DNA from: an uncultured delta proteobacterium
GTDB lineage: Bacteria; Myxococcota_A; Polyangia; Haliangiales; Haliangiaceae
Length of the DNA: 64,000 bases
Reading direction: 5' to 3'
NCBI GenBank assembly: GCA_963848295.1
Contig: CAWKDB010000002.1
Coordinates: forward strand, 1,408,001-1,472,000
Under the pieces are notes generated by a model. The model was not told the DNA's origin and did no database searches. It saw only the letters and a list, made by a program, of their open reading frames with translations. Every line of letters begins with the position of its first letter. Positions within the stretch are counted from its first letter, which is position 1. Both the position numbers and the translations under genes were made by a program. Positions 39,292 through 50,922 of this stretch are shown piece by piece.

Positions 39292-40728
39292 TCAGCGCGT
39301 GAACGCGCCGGTCGTGGTGGTCGCGCGGCCATCGGGGAGTGGTTCGATGAACGGCGTGGTCACGCTGTAGCCGGGGCTCGAGATCGCGGTGATTTGGGCG
39401 ATGTTGCGCTGGCCGGCCACCAGCAGGCCGTCGGGAATCTCGAAGGAGGTTTCACCCGTATACGCGACGAGCACGTAACCGAGCCTGACTCCGGTCGCAT
39501 CGTACGCGGTGACGAAGATCTCGTAGCCCGAGGTCGTGCCGAGCGACGGCGGTTGCCAGGTCAACGTCGGCGTCGCGCCGACCGATTCGTTCGAAGCGTA
39601 GCCATCATCGCCGTTGATCTGCAGCCCGGTTGGGGCGGAGAGAACAGGTGCGATCATCCCCGCGGTCCGAACCATGTCGATCGGCAACGCCACGGCGATC
39701 CCGTCGTAGGACGCCAGTTGAATGGCGGAATTCGCGACGAGAACGGAGTACTCAGCGATGACGTATTCACTCCACGGCACGCCGCCGGTCGCGAGCGGAT
39801 TGCTATAGCTGTAGTCCACCGCGAGGTCGGTGGTCGCGGCGGGCGACGAATCGACCACGAGGTCCGGCGTGCTCATCTCGAGCGCCCCTGGCAACACCGC
39901 AGGCGGCAACGCGTCGACAAGCAGCGACCAAGTCGCAGCCGTCGTCGCAAGAACGTTTGGACCGAGGTCGGCGCGCAATGCTTCGAACGCGCTGCGCTGG
40001 AACGTCGCGGTCAACGTCTCATCGGCGGTGACACCCGTGAGACTCGGCTCGAGCAACAACGTGCCCGCGCCGACCATCGTGAAGTCGCCGACGCTCGCCA
40101 GCGTCTCGATCGCCGCATACGTGCCCGCGGTTGTGAGTGCGAGCTGGTAGACGAGCGTGGCTCCATCCTCGCTCGCATCCACCTCGCCGCCAGACCAGTC
40201 CACCTCCGTGCCAGCCGTCATTGTGGCGCCCGGGAGGAGCCCCGGCTCAGCCTCGACCGACGTTGGGTAGAACTCGACCGCGCCGGCATTCGAGTTGACG
40301 ACTTCGATCCGGTCGCCGCTAGCCCAGGGCGCGAGACCCGTCGCATCGAGCATGACCGTCGTGTCGTTGGTGAACACCACATCCGACCTGCCGAGCTCGA
40401 CATAGCTCAGATCTAGCGTGCTGCCGGTACCGGCGAAGTACTCGGGAGCAAAGCCGCTGCCGGCGCTCCATTCGACGACCCAATGATCCGTGTCGGCCGG
40501 CAGCCGCAGGTCGACGGGCTCGGGTCCGCCTGTCTTCGAGTACCACTGCGAAGAGTCGGCGGTCGGATCGACGACGGTGAACGTCGTGCCGGTGAAGTCC
40601 CTCGGCACCGTGACCGCGCCGCTATCGGTTACGTACTGCCCCGAACCGGTGACCTGAAGCGTCGGCCCATTCCCCGGACTCGCGCAGCCCGCACCGATCG
40701 CCACAACCCCGACCCACCGCTCCATCAT
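39292..40728 (-). CDS. Myxobacterial-type lipoprotein with C-terminal FN3-like domain
   Basis: GAG-C lipobox; VGATPTLTWQPPSLGT..GYEI; paralog of 12331-13017. Confidence 0.75.
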   Translation of the reverse strand: MMERWVGVVAIGAGCASPGNGPTLQVTGSGQYVTDSGAVTVPRDFTGTTFTVVDPTADSSQWYSKTGGPEPVDLRLPADTDHWVVEWSAGSGFAPEYFAGTGSTLDLSYVELGRSDVVFTNDTTVMLDATGLAPWASGDRIEVVNSNAGAVEFYPTSVEAEPGLLPGATMTAGTEVDWSGGEVDASEDGATLVYQLALTTAGTYAAIETLASVGDFTMVGAGTLLLEPSLTGVTADETLTATFQRSAFEALRADLGPNVLATTAATWSLLVDALPPAVLPGALEMSTPDLVVDSSPAATTDLAVDYSYSNPLATGGVPWSEYVIAEYSVLVANSAIQLASYDGIAVALPIDMVRTAGMIAPVLSAPTGLQINGDDGYASNESVGATPTLTWQPPSLGTTSGYEIFVTAYDATGVRLGYVLVAYTGETSFEIPDGLLVAGQRNIAQITAISSPGYSVTTPFIEPLPDGRATTTTGAFTR

Positions 40729-40767
40729 CGTTCCAGACTTATCACGCCGCGCCGGCGCGATGCGATC

Positions 40768-41847
<1,080 letters not shown>

Positions 41848-41849
41848 CG

Positions 41850-42488
41850 CTACCTCGGCATGCTCCGCAGCGCCTGCCGGAGCAGCGCCTCGATCGTGGC
41901 GTCGGGCGCGACCGGCAGCTCGGCGACCGCTTGCTCCGCCTCTTGCGGCCGCCAGCCCATCCCGACGAGCGCGTTCATCACCTCTTCGATCATCGGGTGG
42001 CGTCCGGTGCGCAGCCGCGCCGGCGCGATGATCGAGCCATTCGAGCTCGGCCGCAGCGCGCCGCCCGCATCCCAGCCGAGCACGAGCTCGGCGCACTTGT
42101 CGTGGAGCTCGACGACCGTGAGCTCGGCGGTCTTCTTGCCGACGCCCTTGATCCGGGTCAGCCCGACGATGTCCTCGCGCACGATCAGCGTGGCGATATC
42201 GCGCGGATTCGAGCCCGACAGGATCGCGATCGCGGTGCTCGGGCCGACGTTCTTCACCGTGATCAACAAGTCGAACAACGCGCGCTCTTGCGCGTCGGCA
42301 AACCCGTACAACGACATCTTCGCGTCGGTGACGTGGGTGTAGATGCGGAGCGTCACCTGCTCGCCCTCGCTGGGCAGCGCCGCTAGCGTGTACTGCGAGC
42401 ACACGACGTCGTAGCCGACCCCGCCGCACTCGACGACCACGCGCGTCGGCAAGCGTTCGACCAAGACGCCGGCGAGCCGAGCGATCAC
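41850..42488 (-). CDS. ruvA: Holliday junction branch migration protein RuvA
   Basis: IA.L.G, GVGY, LYGF...ER.LF..L..V..VGP..A, GVGKKTAE. Confidence 0.96.
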   Translation of the reverse strand: MIARLAGVLVERLPTRVVVECGGVGYDVVCSQYTLAALPSEGEQVTLRIYTHVTDAKMSLYGFADAQERALFDLLITVKNVGPSTAIAILSGSNPRDIATLIVREDIVGLTRIKGVGKKTAELTVVELHDKCAELVLGWDAGGALRPSSNGSIIAPARLRTGRHPMIEEVMNALVGMGWRPQEAEQAVAELPVAPDATIEALLRQALRSMPR

Positions 42489-43027
42489 GATCGCCCTCGC
42501 CGGACGACGCGCGGCGCGGTCACGCGGACCTCGACCGCCGGGACGATCTTCGCCACGCTCACTCGCACCGTGCGCCCGTGCGTGATCGCGACCGCGAGCG
42601 CATCGCTGGCGTCGGCGCGCGGCAAGCTGCGCATCCCGATCAGCACGCGCACCATCCGGCCGATCTGATCCTTGCTCGCGCCGCCCGAGCCGGCGACCGC
42701 CTTCTTGACCAGCGCCGGTGGGTACGACGCGACGCGCAGGCCGGCGAGCCCGCACACCGCGAGCGCCATGCCGCGCGCTTGGGCGAGCGCAAGCGCGCTG
42801 CGCGGGTTCGCGTGGGTGAACACGTCCTCGATCGCGACGACGGTCGGCGCGAGCTCGTCGATCACCTCGCGCAAGCCGCGCGCGATCTCGCCGAGCCGGA
42901 TCTCCATCGCGCGGTCGGCCGGCGCGGTCAGCACGCCGCACTCGACGTAGCGCAGCTCCCCGCCGGCGTCGTCGACGACGCCGTAGCCGCACACCCGACT
43001 GCCGGGGTCGATGCCGAGGATTCGCAC
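42485..43027 (-). CDS. ruvC: Holliday junction endonuclease RuvC
   Basis: ILGIDPG...GYGV, AIEDVF, LAQARG, VKKAV.G.G.ASK.Q, DASDALAVA. Confidence 0.97.
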   Translation of the reverse strand: MRILGIDPGSRVCGYGVVDDAGGELRYVECGVLTAPADRAMEIRLGEIARGLREVIDELAPTVVAIEDVFTHANPRSALALAQARGMALAVCGLAGLRVASYPPALVKKAVAGSGGASKDQIGRMVRVLIGMRSLPRADASDALAVAITHGRTVRVSVAKIVPAVEVRVTAPRVVRRGRS

Positions 43028-43099
43028 GCCCTACCCTAACCTACCCGTCCGACAGTCGGTTCGCGGTTGCGCCGGCACACTTCGTCTACAATGGACGTG

Positions 43100-45268
43100 A
43101 TGCGCATCGGGTTGCTCGGTTGTGTCGCGCTGACGGCCTGTATCACGCCCGATCTCGTGCCGTGCGGCGACAACAGCTGTCCGCAGGGAACGATCTGCCT
43201 CGCCGGCAGTCGCTGCGTCACGCAGGGCGCCCTCGACGCATGCTCGGGCACGGCCGATGGCACGTTGTGCACCGTCGACTCGACCATCGGCATCTGCGCG
43301 AACGGCGCGTGCACGCTCGCGCGATGTGGCGACGGCATCCTCGAGCCCGGCGAAGGCTGCGACGGCGGCGTGCCGGCCGGCACCGACTGCAGCTACTTCG
43401 GCTACTACCACGGCGACCTCACCTGCTCGAACACTTGCCAGCTCGACACCGCGAGCTGCGCCGGGCGCTGCGGCGACGGCGCGATCGACTCGGACCAGGG
43501 CGAGTACTGCGACGGCTCGTTGCCGGTCGGCGCGAGCTGCTTTGACTTCGGCTACGACGTCGGTGCGCTCGCCTGCGGCGAGAGCTGCGGTGCCGACCTG
43601 GGCGACTGCCACCAACTGCACTGGGAGCGCGCGTTCAACATCCATGACAGCCTCGTCGACATCTGGGGCGGCGACGGCCGGCTCGGCCTCGTCGCGGCGA
43701 ACGGGACGGCGTGGCTCACCGACCACGGCTCTCGGGTCACGGCGCCCGGAACCGGCTACGCCGCGATCGCCGGCAGCGAAGGATCGATGTGGGCGGCTGG
43801 CCCGACAGCGCTCGCATGGTGGACACCGAACGGCGGGTGGGCGAGCCAGGCGCCGCCGTGGACCGCCAACCGCACGATCCATGACGTCTGGGCCAGCGAC
43901 ACGCTCGGGGTCTACGTCTCGACGAATCAGGACGCCGCGCTGTGGCACTTCGACGGCACGAGCTGGACCCAGATCGCGGGCGCATGGGGTGCGGGCGCCA
44001 GCTTCGGGCAGCCCGAGGACACGCTCTACGTGATCGATCCGAATCAGGTCTCGACGTGGGACGGATCGACCTGGGGCTCGCTCGCACTCCAGGCCACAGT
44101 GGCGATCGCGACCGGCGGTGACGGCGTGCGCTACATCATCGCGGCCGGCTACGGCTATTACCAGGTCATCGCCGACACTCAGTCGTGGGAGTGGACCTCC
44201 GGCTACCCGCCGTTGGGGCTCGCGCCGACCGTGAGTGGCGTGTTCGCCACCGCCGCGCTGTTCGACGTGCCCGGAGGACCCTACACGGGTGGCATGGAGC
44301 TCGGCGTCGCCGCCAGCGGCCTCGACTGGCCATTCCCCGGTGGAGGTGTGATCGCCGGCGATGGACGCGGCGTCGTCTACACGGCGACCAGCAATGGCTT
44401 GTACGCGCTCGCGAAGGGCGAATGGGTCTCCGACCTCAGCGACAGCACGAATGCGACCGTGATGTTCGATCGCGCGGGCGCCTCCACGGTCGAGGACTAT
44501 GAAGCGCAGACGACGCTCTCGCCATGGGGCGAGGAGACGACCGTCCCGACAGGCTGCGATCTCGGTGAGACCATCGGTCCGTACTCGTACTGCTGGATGC
44601 AGTCGGGCGGCACAATCGAGATCGCGACGCCGGACGGCACCACCGGAGTGACCACTGGCTCGGTCGCCGCGATGTGGATCGCCGGCGACGGCACGTCCGC
44701 CGCGACCGTCGGCGATCACGCGTTCGCCTGGGGAACCGACCTCGCATGGCAGACCGCGGCCCCGCCGATCGCGTTCAGCGCGGTCGCCGGCGACAGCGTG
44801 AACGACCTCTACGCGCTGGGCCTCGGCGACGGAGATACCGTAGTGCGCATGTGGCACTTCGACGGCGCGAGCTGGACCGCGATCACCGCGCCGCTCGTCC
44901 GCGATCTCCAGTCGCTGGTCGTCGACACCGCCACGGCCTACGCGACGTCCGGTGGCCAGCTGGTCGCGGTCGACCGAGCGACCGACGCGCTGACGACGCC
45001 GTCGACAGGGCTCACCCTCGGCCTGCTGAGTGGCCGCGGCGCCGAGCTGTTCGCCACCGGCAGCGACGCGACTGGAACCTCGCCGCTGTGGTTCTTCAAC
45101 GGTGTGTCGTGGTCGCCGGTCCGCGTCCCACCGAACATCCTCGCCTTTCCGATCGTCGGGCTGTGGGACGGGGGCGCGCAGCTCTACGCGAACGTTGGCC
45201 TGGACAACCACTATCAGGCACAGATGTACCGGCTTGTCCGCACCGGTCCCTGGCTACTGGCGCCGTAG
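43100..45268 (+). CDS. Secreted lipoprotein with Cys-rich (CGDG) repeats and beta-propeller-like WHFDG.SW repeats
   Basis: LTA-C lipobox; CGDGILEPGEGCD and CGDGAIDSDQGEYCD; repeated (W/F)(H/F)FDG.SW. Confidence 0.8.
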   Translation: MRIGLLGCVALTACITPDLVPCGDNSCPQGTICLAGSRCVTQGALDACSGTADGTLCTVDSTIGICANGACTLARCGDGILEPGEGCDGGVPAGTDCSYFGYYHGDLTCSNTCQLDTASCAGRCGDGAIDSDQGEYCDGSLPVGASCFDFGYDVGALACGESCGADLGDCHQLHWERAFNIHDSLVDIWGGDGRLGLVAANGTAWLTDHGSRVTAPGTGYAAIAGSEGSMWAAGPTALAWWTPNGGWASQAPPWTANRTIHDVWASDTLGVYVSTNQDAALWHFDGTSWTQIAGAWGAGASFGQPEDTLYVIDPNQVSTWDGSTWGSLALQATVAIATGGDGVRYIIAAGYGYYQVIADTQSWEWTSGYPPLGLAPTVSGVFATAALFDVPGGPYTGGMELGVAASGLDWPFPGGGVIAGDGRGVVYTATSNGLYALAKGEWVSDLSDSTNATVMFDRAGASTVEDYEAQTTLSPWGEETTVPTGCDLGETIGPYSYCWMQSGGTIEIATPDGTTGVTTGSVAAMWIAGDGTSAATVGDHAFAWGTDLAWQTAAPPIAFSAVAGDSVNDLYALGLGDGDTVVRMWHFDGASWTAITAPLVRDLQSLVVDTATAYATSGGQLVAVDRATDALTTPSTGLTLGLLSGRGAELFATGSDATGTSPLWFFNGVSWSPVRVPPNILAFPIVGLWDGGAQLYANVGLDNHYQAQMYRLVRTGPWLLAP

Positions 45269-45295
45269 ACCGAACCGGCGGCTCGTACGGCAGCA

Positions 45296-45976
45296 TTAGC
45301 GCGGGCGCGCGCCGAAAATCGCGGTGCCGACGCGCACGTGGGTCGCGCCGCACGCGATCGCGACCTCGAAGTCTCCGCTCATCCCCATCGATAGTACCGG
45401 CAACGGCAGTGCGAGCTCGGCGCGCAGCCGGGCCCGGAGCTGCGCCAACGCGGCAAAGTACGGGCGGCTCGCCTCGCCATCGTCGGACGGCGGCGGCATC
45501 GTCATCAAGCCGTCGAGTCGAACGCCAGCCGTGCCCGCGATCGCGCGGGCGAGCGACGAGGCGTCGCCGGTCGTGCTGCCGGTCTTCGTCGCCTCGCCGC
45601 TGACGTTGACGGCCAGCAGCACGGGTTGGACCGCGCCGCCCGCGCGCTTGCCGAGCTCGGCCGCGAGCTCGACCGAGTCGACCGCGTGGACGAGCACGAC
45701 CTGGCCGGCGACGAGCTTGGCCTTGTTGCGCTGCAGCCGGCCGATGAAGTGCCAGCGCGCGTCGGCCGCGACCTCGCCGCGCTTGGTCGCGAGCTCCTGC
45801 GCGTAGTTTTCGCCGAAGTCGCGCGCGCCGGCCGCGTACGCTTCGGCGACCGCGCTCGCGGGCTGGAGCTTCGACACCGCGATCAGCGTGACCTCGGCCG
45901 GCGCTCGGCCGGCGCGCTCGCAGGCCGCGTCGACTCGCGCGCGCACCGCTCGCCAGTTGTCGGCGACGGTGGTCAC
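45296..45976 (-). CDS. yggS: PLP homeostasis protein YggS
   Basis: LIAVSK, FGENYAQE, WHFIGRLQRNK, GLMTMPP, LSMGMSGDFE.AI..GAT.VRVGTAIFG.R. Confidence 0.97.
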   Translation of the reverse strand: MTTVADNWRAVRARVDAACERAGRAPAEVTLIAVSKLQPASAVAEAYAAGARDFGENYAQELATKRGEVAADARWHFIGRLQRNKAKLVAGQVVLVHAVDSVELAAELGKRAGGAVQPVLLAVNVSGEATKTGSTTGDASSLARAIAGTAGVRLDGLMTMPPPSDDGEASRPYFAALAQLRARLRAELALPLPVLSMGMSGDFEVAIACGATHVRVGTAIFGARPR

Positions 45977-46563
45977 GCCGGGATCCCGCGCGCGAGTCGT
46001 TCGGCCGGCGCGCCGAGCTCGCGCAACACCTCGAGCACCTCGGCGAGCGGCAAGCCGATCACGTTCGTGACCGAGCCGCGGACCTCGCGCACCAGCGCGG
46101 CGGCGATGCCTTGGATCGCGTAGGCGCCGGCCTTGCCGCGCCACTCGCCCGAGGCGACGTAATCGGCGACCGTCGCGGCATCGAACGCGATCATCGCGAC
46201 CTCGGTCGACACGAGGCCATCGCGGCGCGCGTCGTCGCCGATCACGGTGAACGCGGTGATCACTTGATGGACGCGCCCCGCGAGCTGCAACAACATCGCC
46301 ACGGCTTCACCCTCGGTCTCGGCTTTGCCGAGGATCGCGCCGGCGATCGTCACCGTCGTATCGGCGGCCAGCACGAACTGGCCCGGCCCACGCGCGACCG
46401 CTTGCGCCTTCGCCGCCGCGATCCGCGCGACATACGCCAGCGGCGCCTCGCCGGCGAACGGGCGCTCGTCGACGTTCGCGGCTCGGACCTCGAGCGCCAC
46501 GCCGGCTTGCTCGAGCAACGCGCGCCGGCGGGGCGACGCCGACGCCAGCAGGAGCGGCGTCAC
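45973..46563 (-). CDS. maf: Maf family nucleoside triphosphate pyrophosphatase
   Basis: LLASASPRRR.LL, LAADT.V...G.ILGK, KAGAYAIQG, NVIGLP. Confidence 0.96.
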   Translation of the reverse strand: MTPLLLASASPRRRALLEQAGVALEVRAANVDERPFAGEAPLAYVARIAAAKAQAVARGPGQFVLAADTTVTIAGAILGKAETEGEAVAMLLQLAGRVHQVITAFTVIGDDARRDGLVSTEVAMIAFDAATVADYVASGEWRGKAGAYAIQGIAAALVREVRGSVTNVIGLPLAEVLEVLRELGAPAERLARGIPA

Positions 46564-47939
46564 TGCGTCGGCGGCTTGATCGACTTGATCGGCGAGGTCG
46601 TGAAGTTGAGCTCGACCGAGATGCCGTCGACGAACCGCGGGTTGCCCTTCGAGTCGAGCGCGGTGGTGCACTGGATGACGCCGCCGTTCCCGTCCGGCAT
46701 GTCGTCGATCTCGGTGCCGTCGCCGTCGATGCAGACGTCGACGACCTTCATGTCTTCGGCCGAGTTCGCGGTCGAATCGCAGAACGACTCGAGGCCGTCG
46801 CCGTCGACATCGATGTCGGGCGTGCGGCAACCCGCGTACTTTTTCTGCACCGCCGCGTTGCCCTTGGGCAGCGCGAGCAGCGGGCCGAGGATGTTCGCGA
46901 ACGTCGCGTCGAGCAGCGAGTCCTCCGCGGTCAGGCCGATCTGCGACACGTCGAGGCCGCGGATCGTATCCATCGTCTTGGCATCGAGCACGCCGCCGAG
47001 CCGGCCGCCGGTGAACACGATCGAGTCGCCCATCATGACGGCGTTCGCCTGGATCGTCGCCCCGCTGATCTGGAGGTCGAGCGTGATGCCGTTGGACACC
47101 GGGATGTTGACGCCGAACAGGCCCGGCCCCGCGGTGAGCACGCCGTCGGTGATCGAGCCGTCCTTGAACGCGATGACCGGGTTGCCGCTGTCGTCGAACG
47201 ACAGCTTGTCGAGGTAGACGTCGACCGGCGCGGCCGCGTTGAACGGGCTGCACACGGTCGGATCGGCGATCGTGCGATCGGCGATGCCATCGCAGTCGTT
47301 GTCTCTGCCATCGCCGCAGATCTCCGGCGCGCCCTTGTAGGTGGTCGGATCGGTGTCGTCGCAATCGCCGTCGGCCACGGTCTGACCGTCGCCGTCGCGA
47401 TCCATCGTGTCGGTCGTGTTCGGCTGGCCCGGGCCGATCTCGTCGGCGAGGCCATCGCAGTTGTTGTCCTTGCCGTCGCCCGCGATCTCCGGCGCGCCCG
47501 GGAAGATCGTCGGGTCGTGATCGTTGCAGTCACCGCCCGAGTGCGCGGTCTTCTTGCCGTCGCCGTCGTCGTCGCGGTTGTAGTCGCCGAGATAGATCGC
47601 GAACTTGACGCACGAGTCGGTCGTCGGATCCGTGAGCCCGAAGAACTCGAACGGGAGCACGATCTCGTTGTCGTTGAACGAGCTCGTGATCGCGCTCTGC
47701 GCGAGACTGCCGACCGCAGCGAGCTTGTTGTCCGGCGTGCCGTTGCCGTCGAGGTCGAAGCCGTCGGCGACGCTACCGATCGCGAGCGTCGAGATCACCT
47801 GCGGTGATGTCCCCATGTACGGGACGACATCGGCGCCCATGCACTCCGGCTTCGGCGTGAACAGGTGGTGATCTGCGGTCCCACCGCCGTTGCAGCCCCA
47901 CGCGCCGGCGAACATCGTGCAAACTAGAAGCTTCTTCAT
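46560..47939 (-). CDS. Lipoprotein with MopE-like putative metal-binding repeats
   Basis: DCND.DPTI.PGAPEI.GDG.DNNCDG.AD occurs twice; WG-C lipobox. Confidence 0.85.
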   Translation of the reverse strand: MKKLLVCTMFAGAWGCNGGGTADHHLFTPKPECMGADVVPYMGTSPQVISTLAIGSVADGFDLDGNGTPDNKLAAVGSLAQSAITSSFNDNEIVLPFEFFGLTDPTTDSCVKFAIYLGDYNRDDDGDGKKTAHSGGDCNDHDPTIFPGAPEIAGDGKDNNCDGLADEIGPGQPNTTDTMDRDGDGQTVADGDCDDTDPTTYKGAPEICGDGRDNDCDGIADRTIADPTVCSPFNAAAPVDVYLDKLSFDDSGNPVIAFKDGSITDGVLTAGPGLFGVNIPVSNGITLDLQISGATIQANAVMMGDSIVFTGGRLGGVLDAKTMDTIRGLDVSQIGLTAEDSLLDATFANILGPLLALPKGNAAVQKKYAGCRTPDIDVDGDGLESFCDSTANSAEDMKVVDVCIDGDGTEIDDMPDGNGGVIQCTTALDSKGNPRFVDGISVELNFTTSPIKSIKPPTQ

Positions 47940-47998
47940 GCGTCCTCGCGGCGCACTGAACCACGGCGATTCCGACCCCGTCAATCCGTTTGTAACAA

Positions 47999-48778
47999 GT
48001 GTCCCGATCTGTTCTTCGAGCGCTGTGCCCGGCCGTCGCGGTCGTGGCCGTGATCACGTCCGCTTCCGCCGCGCGGGCGCACGTTGCCCCATCTGTCGAC
48101 GACAACAACCGGTATCTCAAGCTGACCCCGCTCGGCGATCGCGTGAGGCTGGCCTACACCGTGTTCTACGGCGAGGTCCCCGGCGCGAGTGAACGCCAAC
48201 ACATCGATACCAACCACGACGGCAGTCTAAGCCCCGCCGAGGCCAAGGCGTTCGGCGACCGCATCGCGGCACAGGTCGGGCCAGCACTCGATGTCGAGGT
48301 CGATGGTTCGGAGCACCGCGTCACGTGGGCGAGCGTCGATGTCGGGCTCGGCTCCGACCTCACCGCGGCGGGTGCGTTCTCGATCGACATGGTCGCGTAC
48401 CTGTGCCTGCCGGTCGCGCGCGGCGCCCACGTGGTCACGCTGCGCGACCGGTTTCGCGTGCCGAACCCCGGCGAGACCGAGGCGCGCGTCGAGGACAGCC
48501 CCGGGGTCACGATCGAAAAGACCCGAGTCGGCCCGACGAGCGATGTGACCAACGACTATCGGTTCGCCGGCCCGGGCGGACCGCTCGAGGACAACGGGCT
48601 CGAGCTGCACTTCACCGCGGGCCCGCGCTCGATAGTCACCGCCGACGGCGTCTGTATCACCGAGGCGACGCCGCACGGCGCGCGCTGGGCGTTCCCGCTC
48701 GGCGCGGTAGTGGTCGTCGCGATCGCGGGCGGCATCGTCGTGATCACGCGTCGCAGGCGCGGCCGGCACGCGAGTTGA
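47999..48778 (+). CDS. Hypothetical exported protein with EF-hand-like loop and C-terminal membrane anchor
   Basis: Signal ending ARA-H; DTNHDGSLSPAE; C-terminal TM segment followed by a basic tail. Confidence 0.7.
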   Translation: MSRSVLRALCPAVAVVAVITSASAARAHVAPSVDDNNRYLKLTPLGDRVRLAYTVFYGEVPGASERQHIDTNHDGSLSPAEAKAFGDRIAAQVGPALDVEVDGSEHRVTWASVDVGLGSDLTAAGAFSIDMVAYLCLPVARGAHVVTLRDRFRVPNPGETEARVEDSPGVTIEKTRVGPTSDVTNDYRFAGPGGPLEDNGLELHFTAGPRSIVTADGVCITEATPHGARWAFPLGAVVVVAIAGGIVVITRRRRGRHAS

Positions 48779-48801
48779 ACTACCTGTGGCGGAGGTCCGC
48801 C

Positions 48802-49398
48802 ATGCAGCTCAAGACTCTCGCCAGCATCTTGGCCGGCTCGTTCGCTCTCGCGGCGGTCGCGAGTGCGGATCCGGCGCCCAGAGGACCCGACTTCACCTCG
48901 ACCGAGCATGCGCCGCCACCGGGCATCGACCACAGCCTGGTCGCATCGAGCGCGACTCGACCGATCGATCCGTCCGAGCTCGTCACGTTCGGGTTCGACT
49001 CGTCACAGCTCGACCCCGCCGCGCTCAGGTCGATCGATCTCGCGGCGCACTGGCTCGCCGCCCATCCAGGCGATCGCGTCATCCTCGAAGGCCACGCCGA
49101 TCGCTCGGGGAGCTCGGCGTACAACGACGATCTCGCGCTGCGCCGCGCCGAAGCGGTCGGGGCCCGGCTCGTCGGCGATGGGGTCAACCCGGACCGCGTG
49201 ATCTTCGTGGTCTACGGCAAGCGCGATGCATCGCCCGAGGTCGACGCGAACGATCGCCGGGTCGTCGTCGCCGCGACCACGCTGCCGGCCGACGATGTCG
49301 TGCGGCTCGCGCTCGACCACGACGTGGTGGCTATGACCTGGCGCGAGCGGTCGTGGCAGCTCGCCCAGCCCGAGGCGCAACAGAGCGCGATGCGCTGA
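48802..49398 (+). CDS. OmpA/Pal-like peptidoglycan-binding domain protein
   Basis: F.FDSS.L, LEGHADRSGS..YN..LA.RRA.AV, YG...DRRV; GGAGG RBS. Confidence 0.92.
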   Translation: MQLKTLASILAGSFALAAVASADPAPRGPDFTSTEHAPPPGIDHSLVASSATRPIDPSELVTFGFDSSQLDPAALRSIDLAAHWLAAHPGDRVILEGHADRSGSSAYNDDLALRRAEAVGARLVGDGVNPDRVIFVVYGKRDASPEVDANDRRVVVAATTLPADDVVRLALDHDVVAMTWRERSWQLAQPEAQQSAMR

Positions 49399-49435
49399 CA
49401 GCGTCGAGAGATCCGGCATATGATGACCCGAGTCC

Positions 49436-50922
49436 GTGAAGAAGTTTCCCGACTTCGTCCCACCGACCAAGGTCACCTACCTCGACCGCGGTCCGCTGCT
49501 GCATCTGCGCAAGTGCATCTTGCAAGCGGCGGACGACCCGTCGCGCGAGTGGACGTTCGATAAGGAAGAGATCCGGATCGGCTCGATGGAGGACAACGAC
49601 GTCGTCCTCCACGACGACACGGTGTCTCGCTATCACTGCCGGATCGTCCAAGACGACACCAGCTGGGTCGTGATCGACCAGCACTCGACGAACGGCACGT
49701 TCATCAACAAGGTGCGCGTGCGCGAGGGCCACTTGAAGCCCGGCTGCATGCTCGCGGTCGGCCAGCATCAGCTCAGGTTCAACGCGCGCGAAGAGGAAGT
49801 CCGGATCGAGCCGTCCGCCGCCGATCGCTGCGGTGGCCTGATCGGCGCGGACCCGAAGATGCGCGAGATCTACTCGATCATCGAGAAGATCGCGCCGACC
49901 GCGACGACGATCGTGATCGACGGCGAGACCGGCACGGGCAAGGAGGTCGTCGCGCAGGCGATCCACTCGCTATCGCCGCGGCAACGGCGGCGAGCTCGTC
50001 GTGTTCGACTGCGGCGCGGTGCCACCGAACCTGATCGAGAGCGAGCTGTTCGGCCACGAAAAAGGCAGCTTCACCGGCGCGATGATGACGCGTACCGGCC
50101 TGTTCGAGCAGGCCGACGGCGGCACGCTGTTCCTCGACGAGCTCGGCGAGCTGCCGATCGACTTGCAGCCGAAGCTGCTGCGCGCGCTCGAGCAGCGCGA
50201 GGTCCGCCGCGTCGGTTCGACGAAGGCGCAGAAGGTCGACGTCCGGATCATCGCGGCGACGAACCGCAACCTCGACGACGAGGTCCGCGCCGGCCGGTTC
50301 CGGCAAGACCTGTTCTACCGGCTCAGCGTCGTGCGCTTGCACCTGCCGTCGCTGCGCGATCGCACCGACGACATCCCGCTGCTCGTCCAGCACTTCCTCG
50401 ACCACGGGTCGCTACAACCGCGGCCCGGCCGGCAAGGCGCGGATCACCGGCATCTCGCCCGAGGCGATGGACAAGCTCAAGGGCTATCCGTGGCCGGGCA
50501 ACGTGCGCGAGCTGGTCAACGTCGTCGAGCGCGCGGTGTCGTTCTGCGACTCGGAGCTGATCGAGCTCGGCGATTTGCCCGAGGCGGTGCGCAGCTCGCG
50601 CGCCTCGACCGCGCGCGAGGTTCGGCGGCCGAGCTCGAGCGGCACGCCGACCGCCGCTGGCTCGCAGCCCGCGATGCCGGCGGCCGTCCCGATGCAAACT
50701 CCCGAGGAGCTGGTCAGCGGCGACATCACGTTCAAGGACGCGAAGGAGCGCTGGGTCGCGACGTTCGAGCGCGACTACATCGTCCAGACGCTGCGCCGCA
50801 ACACCGGCAACATCTCGCACGCCGCGCGGCAAGCCGACATCGACCGCAAGTACTTCCGCAAGCTGATGAAGAAGTACGACATCGAAGCGGCCGGCGTCGA
50901 TGACGATCCGGTCGATGAGTGA
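49436..50922 (+). CDS. FHA-domain sigma54-dependent enhancer-binding protein, frameshifts near 49980 and 50410
   Basis: FHA (IG, VSRYH, STNGT); [40 protein letters not shown]; Fis HTH. The motifs lie in three successive frames. Confidence 0.93.
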
